A DNA stretch of 8,006 nt from Promethearchaeota archaeon (GTDB lineage Archaea > Asgardarchaeota > Thorarchaeia > Thorarchaeales > Thorarchaeaceae). Within the stretch, counting starts at the first letter, position 1; each line of letters opens with the position of its first letter. The DNA lies in NCBI GenBank assembly GCA_027031765.1, contig JALVPN010000141.1:1-8006 (forward strand). Direction: 5' to 3'. Under the pieces are notes generated by a model. That model saw nothing but the letters and a program-made list of their open reading frames with translations. It did no database searches and was not told the origin of the DNA. Positions 1 to 5,520 of the stretch are shown piece after piece. The position numbers and the translations under genes are program-made.

Positions 1-1
1 C

Positions 2-1150
2 CCACAGATCACTATGGATGTGCCACGGGGCGGGTTCGCATACCTCGCAGAAGGGATTGCCGGGGCTGTCAAAGTGCCCGTTGTCGCCTGCAACAGGATA
101 AACAGTGTGATGCTCGCTGAGAGACTGCTGGCACGCGGCAGGGTGCAGCTCGTGGGCATGGCACGCGGCCTCATTGCTGACCCTGCCCTCCCAGAGAAGG
201 CACGCACCGGACGTGGACGGGAGGTGCGGACATGCATCGCCTGTAACCAGGGATGTCTTGACAGGGTGTTCCTTATGAGACCCGTCACCTGCGCGATAAA
301 CCCACAGGCGGGCTTTGAGGAGGAACGCCATCTGGGGCCACCAGGCCGAGGACGTGTGGCAGTGGTCGGAGCGGGCCCGGCAGGCATGGAGGCAGCACGC
401 GTCCTTGCACTCAGGGGCTTCGAGGTCACGGTCTTTGAGGAGCACACACGACCTGGTGGCACGTTGCGCCTTGCGGCAAGGGTCCCCGGCCGCGGCGAGT
501 TCGCAGCCTACGTGGCACATATGTGGCAGGAGCTGGAACGCCTCGGTGTTGACCTCAGGACTGGAGTGTGCGCACAGCTGGCGACCATAGAGGGAGGTGG
601 GTTCGACCATGTGGTATATGCTGCAGGGACTGTTCCAACGGCGCCACCCATTGACGGTGTCGAGTTGCCCCACGTCACCACCGTACAGGAGGCACTCCGC
701 AGTGGGGCCTCCGACCTCGGCATCACCGCCGTCGTTGGTGGCGGGGCCCTTGGCTGCTACGCGGCCCTGTTCCTTGCACGGAGGGCCAAGGCTGTGCACA
801 TCTTTGAGCCCACTGCAATGTTCGGCGCAGGACTCGGCCGCACTTCCCGCTGGGTCATCCTCAAGATGCTCCGTGGACGTGGTGTCGAGTTCCACCCGAA
901 CACAGAGGTCGACTACATCGTGCACCAGTACGTTGCCGTGAAGGACAGGGAGGGCAACGCGTCGCTCTTCCCGGCAGACTCCGTTGTCCTCGCGCACCCG
1001 CCACAGCCACGCGACAGGCTCCTGGACGCACTGAGGGACAGGGGCATCGACGTCACACCGATTGGTTCTGTTACCGAGCCTATGGACCTGCTCGGATGCG
1101 TGCACGACGCGTTCCGTGTGGCCAACAGGCTGGGGACTGATGAAGAATAG
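2..1150 (+). CDS. fadH: 2,4-dienoyl-CoA reductase (FadH)-like / Old Yellow Enzyme-family flavoprotein with [4Fe-4S], FAD and NAD(P)H domains; 5'-truncated by the window edge
   Basis: The frame is open from base 2 (PQITMDVPRGGF...), so ATG 14 is internal. It has the CIACNQGCLD...VTC 4-Cys cluster motif, the VAVVGAGPAGMEAA FAD-binding Rossmann motif, GGTLRLAARVPGRGEF, a second dinucleotide motif VVGGGALG, and GAGLGRTSRW, which resembles FadH GxGLGKTTGW. Stop TAG at 1148-1150. Exact substrate cannot be determined from sequence. Confidence 0.8.
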   Translation, partial: PQITMDVPRGGFAYLAEGIAGAVKVPVVACNRINSVMLAERLLARGRVQLVGMARGLIADPALPEKARTGRGREVRTCIACNQGCLDRVFLMRPVTCAINPQAGFEEERHLGPPGRGRVAVVGAGPAGMEAARVLALRGFEVTVFEEHTRPGGTLRLAARVPGRGEFAAYVAHMWQELERLGVDLRTGVCAQLATIEGGGFDHVVYAAGTVPTAPPIDGVELPHVTTVQEALRSGASDLGITAVVGGGALGCYAALFLARRAKAVHIFEPTAMFGAGLGRTSRWVILKMLRGRGVEFHPNTEVDYIVHQYVAVKDREGNASLFPADSVVLAHPPQPRDRLLDALRDRGIDVTPIGSVTEPMDLLGCVHDAFRVANRLGTDEE

Positions 1151-1192
1151 TGCAGGGGGGGCAGCCTCACACCAGCGCCGTCCGTCCCCCTA

Positions 1193-2421
1193 CTAGGAGT
1201 CCCTGCGTCCCCACAGACCCAGCATGACCGGCAATACGACAAGGACGACCACAGACCCCGAGACTGTCAGTGCTGCTGCCACTGGTGACACCGGTGTCGC
1301 GGGTCTCGGGAAGTTGTCCACCGCGTGGCCAGGGCCCGGAATGATGTACTTGGCACGACCATCGTACGGTGCCCACATGTTCCCTGTCCGGGTGCCGTCG
1401 TCCCACCTGTTGTCCCCGCAGGCATCAAGTGCATTCCCTGCCTGGTTCCAGACGAAGACATTGTCGTAGATACTGTTGCCTGTACTGTCTGCTTCAACAG
1501 CGACCCCATAGAGGCCATTCCTGGTGAGTGTGTTCCCGACCACGGTGACGCCCGTACTCCCAAGGAGCCAGACCCCGTTCCCCGCGTTCGCGGACACGTT
1601 GTTTCCGACCACCTCGGTGTCTGCAGATGCCGCAACCCGGATGCCTGTACCGGTGTTCCCGACAACCACACTGTCGCGCACCCGGCACGCCTGTGTCGAG
1701 GTCAGGAACACCCCCGAGTGCATATATGCCGTGCCTGCCGGCGGGGACGCACCATTGCCGGTCACCTCACACCTGACCACTTCCACCCCACGTGACGAGT
1801 GCACATAGACCCCTGAAGAGGCGCTGTCCCTGACCGACGAGTCCTCGAGCACACAGTTGGCACAGCCCGTAGAGAACACACGCCATTGCCACAGCCCACG
1901 GCCGTGATGTCTGAGAGGGACACGCCCTGGGATGAGACAATGCGCACCCCGTACGTGGAGCCGTTCGCAACAAGACCGCGGACTGTACACTGGCGTGCAC
2001 GCCTGAGCACCACCCCGTCAAGACCGCCGTCCACACGCAGGCCCTCGACAAGGACATTCTGTGCGTTGACCAGTGCAAGACCAGCACCCGTGTCCTGACC
2101 CGCGACCACAATGACGCAGTCGCGCACCTTGAGGTGCAGGCTTGTGTCCGAGACCGAGATGCCGGTACCGTTGGTCTCGATCAGGAGACCCTCGATCAGA
2201 TACGGAGAGGACGGGCTCCCATCACCGGGCCACCCACCCGCTGAGAGCTCGTCGTCCGAAGCGATGACCACAGGCGCATGGGGCACCAGTCCGTCGGCCC
2301 ACCCGGCAGCCGTAGCCGCTGGAGAGGACCGGACACTGCCCCCACCAGGTTGTATGGCACACAGTATGATAAAGGAGAGTACGAGCAGGGCCAGCGGTGG
2401 CCTCAACGATACCCCGGTCAT
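1193..2421 (-). pseudogene. Secreted, C-terminally membrane-anchored parallel beta-helix (NosD/CASH-repeat) surface protein, split by a 2-nt frameshift at about 1876-1881 (true pseudogene or sequence error)
   Basis: The 5' half (ORF 1762..2487, likely start ATG 2421) has a hydrophobic signal segment (RPPLALLVLSFIILCAIQP), an HAPVVI...GWPGDGS..SPYLIEG motif and 22-aa G-V-x-x-x-x-S-x-x-x-x-L repeats. The 3' half (ORF 1193..1990) continues the repeats, then WDDG..GNMW..YDG...Y.IPG....VDNFP and a TM helix followed by basic residues (VVVLVVLPVMLGLWGRR). Each ORF looks protein-like only on its own side of about 1880. Confidence 0.8.
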
Positions 2422-2444
2422 CAACTCACCAGTGGTGGCGGCAG

Positions 2445-2457
2445 TTTTATCCTTTCG
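2445..2457 (-). promoter_or_regulatory. Candidate archaeal BRE/TATA promoter (CGAAAGG-ATAAAA) for the beta-helix gene
   Basis: This is a rare AT-rich patch in a GC-rich intergenic region. ATAAAA lies 24-29 nt upstream of ATG 2421 and is preceded by a purine-rich BRE-like CGAAAG, a spacing that fits a leaderless transcript. The match to the TATA consensus is imperfect. Confidence 0.4.
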
Positions 2458-2515
2458 CGTCGACCGAGCAGTCCCCCAGTCCACCACCTACAGGGTGACA
2501 ACCTACAGCACATAG

Positions 2516-2542
2516 AAAAAATCGGGGGAGGGGAGGTGGGTG
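2516..2542 (-). terminator. Candidate archaeal oligo(T) terminator of the hdr operon
   Basis: The minus strand reads CACCCACCTCCCCTCCCCCGATTTTTT, a pyrimidine-rich tract ending in T6 (A6 at 2516-2521 on +), about 65 nt after the tusA stop. Confidence 0.45.
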
Positions 2543-2585
2543 CTCACTACAAGCAGGCCTCCCTTGGCCGCTCGGGTCCGTCCAA

Positions 2586-2822
2586 CTACTTGACAGACTC
2601 GAAGTAGAGGGCCCACTCCCCGTCGAGGTCTTCAACTGCAATGAACCTGTGCTTGGTCTTGGCCACCTCGCGCTGCACAGACTCCACCGCCGGAGGGTGG
2701 TCTATGAGCACCCGCAGGATGTTGCCCGGCGGCGTCTTCATCAGGGCCTTCTTGGTCCTGAGCGCTGGGTATGGACAGACCTGTCCACGCACATCGAGTT
2801 CGACATCGTAGTCAATAGCCAT
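2586..2822 (-). CDS. tusA: TusA/SirA/YedF-family sulfurtransferase (sulfur carrier)
   Basis: LDVRGQVCPYPALRTKKAL carries the family CPxP active-site motif, followed by G.ILRVLIDHPPAV; about 78 aa. ATG 2822 has a strong GGAGGT SD 8 nt upstream. An alternative ATG at 2846 overlaps the upstream stop (ATGA). Confidence 0.88.
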   Translation of the reverse strand: MAIDYDVELDVRGQVCPYPALRTKKALMKTPPGNILRVLIDHPPAVESVQREVAKTKHRFIAVEDLDGEWALYFESVK

Positions 2823-2830
2823 GTGTCTGT

Positions 2831-2836
2831 ACCTCC
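2831..2836 (-). promoter_or_regulatory. Shine-Dalgarno site GGAGGT for tusA
   Basis: GGAGGT followed by 8 nt and then ATG 2822. Confidence 0.7.
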
Positions 2837-2842
2837 AATGAG

Positions 2843-3883
2843 TCATTGTATGGCCGACCAGAGGAGCCTGTAGGGGTCCCCCGGGTCGTCACCTGATGAT
2901 ACGATACCCATCTGTCTCAGTACGAGCAGGTGATAGAGCACCTGCCCTGTTGGCGCGTCCAGCCTTGCGGCCAGCTCGTCTGCCGTCACAGCACCGACAG
3001 ACCGCAGCTCTCCGATGACGCGCGTCCTGAGGTCCGGTGTTATGTCAGCGGGTCGATGTGAGGCCTTGCGTGCCTGCGCGGCCTCCACCCGGGACAGGTC
3101 CACATCACCTTCCTCGAAGAGACCGGCACCGATGGCCTCCGCAAGCACCTCCTGACCGCGCTCCGTCAGTGCCAGCACCGTCGTGTAGCCCTTCTGGCTG
3201 CCGGAAAAGCCACACGAGAGGTCTGCATGTACGCCAACAAAGTCGGTGCAGTGTTCACAGCTCTTCATCTTCCGCACCTTGCCGTCCCCGTCCGTGTATG
3301 TGTTCGCGGAACAGAACAGGCCGACTTTCAGGACGCGCACTCCCAGCCTGTCCTCGAGGCGTGACACACCCCGCAGCTCACACGGGAGTCCCACGACAGC
3401 CACTTGCTGGCGCCCGGACTTCAAGACACTGACCAGCTCCGTCATCACACCAGACTGTGAGTACCGTGTGCCGGCGAGGGCGAGCACCTCGGACGGGTCG
3501 GTCACAGTCCTCGCCTCCGGCGCGCGTTTCTCGCCCGCAACTGCAACAACGGCACCGACAGTGCCGGAGCGTAGCAGGTGGCCCAGGAGCGTCGTGACAA
3601 AGCCACCGTTCGATGCACGTTCGAGAACCGCCCCGTCGCGGCTCCTCAGAGAGACCGCCTGTCTGACCTCTGGGAGTCCTTCGCCCAGCTGTTCGGGGTG
3701 GGCCTGTGGGCACAGTTCGAAGCACCTGCCGCAGTGCTTCGCCCCACGGTCCAGGATACACCTCCCTGTGAGGTGTGGCACCCCATCGACCATGGTTATC
3801 GACTTGCAGGTACCGGCGCAGAGGCCACAGCCCTCGCATAGGCCGGCACTGATCACCTGTGAATGGAGCAGCTCAAAGCTCAC
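2843..3883 (-). CDS. FrhB/FdhB/FpoF-family flavoprotein (F420 hydrogenase beta-like) with an N-terminal 2x[4Fe-4S] ferredoxin domain and a C-terminal winged helix-turn-helix
   Basis: N-terminal CEGCGLCAGTC and C-x8-CGRCFELCP. FrhB-type motifs: SNGGFVTTLL, AGTRYS, VGLPCE, GLFC, CEHCTDF..HADLSCG..GS.KGYTTVLALTERG. C-terminal TADELAARLDAPTGQVLYHLLVLRQMGIV matches the ELA..L.......V..HL..L...G.V wHTH pattern. The GTG start overlaps the upstream gene by 11 nt. Confidence 0.85.
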   Translation of the reverse strand: MSFELLHSQVISAGLCEGCGLCAGTCKSITMVDGVPHLTGRCILDRGAKHCGRCFELCPQAHPEQLGEGLPEVRQAVSLRSRDGAVLERASNGGFVTTLLGHLLRSGTVGAVVAVAGEKRAPEARTVTDPSEVLALAGTRYSQSGVMTELVSVLKSGRQQVAVVGLPCELRGVSRLEDRLGVRVLKVGLFCSANTYTDGDGKVRKMKSCEHCTDFVGVHADLSCGFSGSQKGYTTVLALTERGQEVLAEAIGAGLFEEGDVDLSRVEAAQARKASHRPADITPDLRTRVIGELRSVGAVTADELAARLDAPTGQVLYHLLVLRQMGIVSSGDDPGDPYRLLWSAIQ

Positions 3884-5129
3884 ATGACCACTCCCTTATC
3901 AGACCGTTCTCGTCTGTCGTGAATGACACCTTCGTGAAATCGTCCGAGGCCTCACCTCGCACTGCACGCACCTCCACCGGCCCCGGGACAGCGTAGGCCT
4001 CATATGGTGCGTCAGAGGCCTTGACGGGCGTCCTGAAACCACCAAAGAAGACATTCGACATCACGTCGTTCCCACCAATGGCACGGGCCTGTGCCACTGC
4101 CTCGCTGTAGCGTTCAAGGTCAGGGGCACCCCTCAGCTCCCTTAGCACGCGCTGGACCTCACGGAGGCGGCCACGGAGGGCCACGGTCTCCGGTGATGGC
4201 TCAATACCGACCGCAGACTCGTAGGCCTCGACAAGGTTCAGGCACACAGAGATCCCGTCCAGCCCGTAGACCGTTGCTGCCAGCTGTGGTGCCTCCTCGA
4301 TAGGACGGCCCACCATGATGTCGGCATGGAGGCTGCCTGCGCTGGGCTGCCGGCCGGGGAGCCTGAATGCTGTCGCCAGCGTGAACCTGAAGAACGTCCC
4401 GACAACATCTACGAGCCCCTCGGTAATCCCGTCAGGGCCGTCGCCCAGCATGTCTGTGGTCCACTCTGACGCCTCTGTGTGGACATCGACATCGGCGGCG
4501 AGAGAGCCGAAGTAGCCAATCATGCTGGCAGACGGGTCTGCAACACTAGGCACGCAGCCCCTGCATGGAGCACCAAAGTCGACACACCGCTGGGCACAGT
4601 CGAGGGACACAACGCCAGAACACGGGATGCCCTGGTTGTTCATGCACTCGGACGGCGCGGGCACTGACAGCGGCCTTACAATCTGCCCCATCCGTTCAGG
4701 CTTCATAGTGCGCTCGCAGGTCTCGCAGAGCGGACGCCGCTCCCCGGGACCGCCATCGAGGGCGGCCTCAAGTTGCTCCACTGATGGGGGACAGCCGTAG
4801 ACCGCGGTGTCGACGTCGATGGTGTCGGCCAGGGCAATGATGTCCGCACCCTTCTGACGGGCAAGACCGAAGACACCCCCGGTCACTGGACACGTACCAT
4901 ACGCAACAAGGATGTCGTAGTCAACACCCTGCACACGTTGGATGTCGTCAGTAGTGGCAGCACCGGTGACGACCAGGACATCCACATGGCCCACCGACTC
5001 GGGCCCTGGCAGGGAGGGCAACAGGCTGTGAGAACGCAGCTCATAGCCGTCGAGGCCACCGACTGCGAGCGTCTGGAATGCACAGCGGTCACAGCCGCCA
5101 AGCTGTAGCACTGCAACAGACCTACTCAA
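3873..5129 (-). CDS. mvhG: MvhG-type [NiFe]-hydrogenase small subunit fused to a vestigial, non-catalytic MvhA-like large-subunit fragment
   Basis: GCDRC, YGTCP..GG and GCPP give the proximal cluster ligands. LCETC, ECMNNQGIPCSG and DCAQRCVDFGAPCRGC give the medial/distal ligands. DVVGTFFRFTL matches the MvhG C-terminal signature. The extension contains GRPIEEAP, IGG...GGF and GEASDDFTKVSFTTDENGLI. The likely start is TTG 5129, overlapping the mvhD stop; the ORF track gives GTG 5156. Confidence 0.85.
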   Translation of the reverse strand: MSRSVAVLQLGGCDRCAFQTLAVGGLDGYELRSHSLLPSLPGPESVGHVDVLVVTGAATTDDIQRVQGVDYDILVAYGTCPVTGGVFGLARQKGADIIALADTIDVDTAVYGCPPSVEQLEAALDGGPGERRPLCETCERTMKPERMGQIVRPLSVPAPSECMNNQGIPCSGVVSLDCAQRCVDFGAPCRGCVPSVADPSASMIGYFGSLAADVDVHTEASEWTTDMLGDGPDGITEGLVDVVGTFFRFTLATAFRLPGRQPSAGSLHADIMVGRPIEEAPQLAATVYGLDGISVCLNLVEAYESAVGIEPSPETVALRGRLREVQRVLRELRGAPDLERYSEAVAQARAIGGNDVMSNVFFGGFRTPVKASDAPYEAYAVPGPVEVRAVRGEASDDFTKVSFTTDENGLIREWSCEL

Positions 5130-5520
5130 CCCTTGCAGCCCCCAGACAGTCCTCACCGTCAGCCTTCGCAGCGACGTCTTCGAAGTCGCCGAGTGCCGTG
5201 TCGCCCTCCGCAGCCCTCGAGGTGTACATCGTCACACAGTCCATACTGTAGCCCATCTCTTGGAGGAACTTCTTCATGATCTTCATCTTCCGCAGCGTGA
5301 CCATGTTCGCGTTGCTGTAGTGACAGGCACCAAAGCAGCAGCCCACCACCGACACGGCCTCTGCACTGTTGTTGATGGCCGTGAGCACCTCCCGGGGGCC
5401 GACACGCCCGGCACACGGTACGGGCACGATACTTATCCGCGGGTCATACTCCATGCGCAGGACGCCGGCAGTGTTCGCAGCCCCCTGGCCACAGTGCTCG
5501 CACATGAACACAACAATCAC
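5122..5520 (-). CDS. mvhD: Hydrogenase/heterodisulfide reductase [2Fe-2S] subunit MvhD (FlpD-like)
   Basis: IVVFMCEHC..AANTAG..RMEY, VPCAGRV and VVGCCFGACHY..AN match MvhD motifs. The GTG start overlaps the hdrA stop (GTGA), with SD GGGGGTGAT 5 nt upstream. Confidence 0.92.
   Translation of the reverse strand: MIVVFMCEHCGQGAANTAGVLRMEYDPRISIVPVPCAGRVGPREVLTAINNSAEAVSVVGCCFGACHYSNANMVTLRKMKIMKKFLQEMGYSMDCVTMYTSRAAEGDTALGDFEDVAAKADGEDCLGAARVE

Noticed and set aside
2-1150. FadH-like enzyme as a functional partner (electron sink) of the Hdr complex
   Set aside because: It is on the opposite strand, separated by an unrelated gene and a terminator; adjacency is the only link.
1154-1191. G7/C5 inverted repeat between the convergent fadH-like and beta-helix stops
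   Set aside because: The stem is only about 7 bp with a large loop and no U-tract, too weak to call a terminator.
2486-2508. 8-bp direct repeat ACCTACAG (2486-2493 and 2501-2508) upstream of the beta-helix gene, as a possible wHTH operator
   Set aside because: One 8-mer repeat in about 160 bp is plausible by chance, and there is no palindrome or second occurrence to support it.
2524-2541. G-run cluster GGGGGAGGGGAGGTGGG as a possible G-quadruplex
   Set aside because: One run has only two G's, and the tract is explained as the complement of the pyrimidine-rich terminator region.
3873-3875. Possible selenocysteine readthrough of the TGA ending the MvhG fusion, which could supply the missing DPCxxC/U motif as in VhuU
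   Set aside because: The downstream frame (AAPFTGDQCRPMRGLW...) has no L2 motif and overlaps the well-supported FrhB-like gene. No separate small VhuU-like ORF is visible in the window.
3873-3960. Circular permutation of the large subunit, since KVSFTTDENGLI resembles the MvhA N-terminal hairpin KITVHLDDAGNV
   Set aside because: The segment aligns better, without gaps and in collinear order, to the C-terminal EAPRG...ETDENG region.
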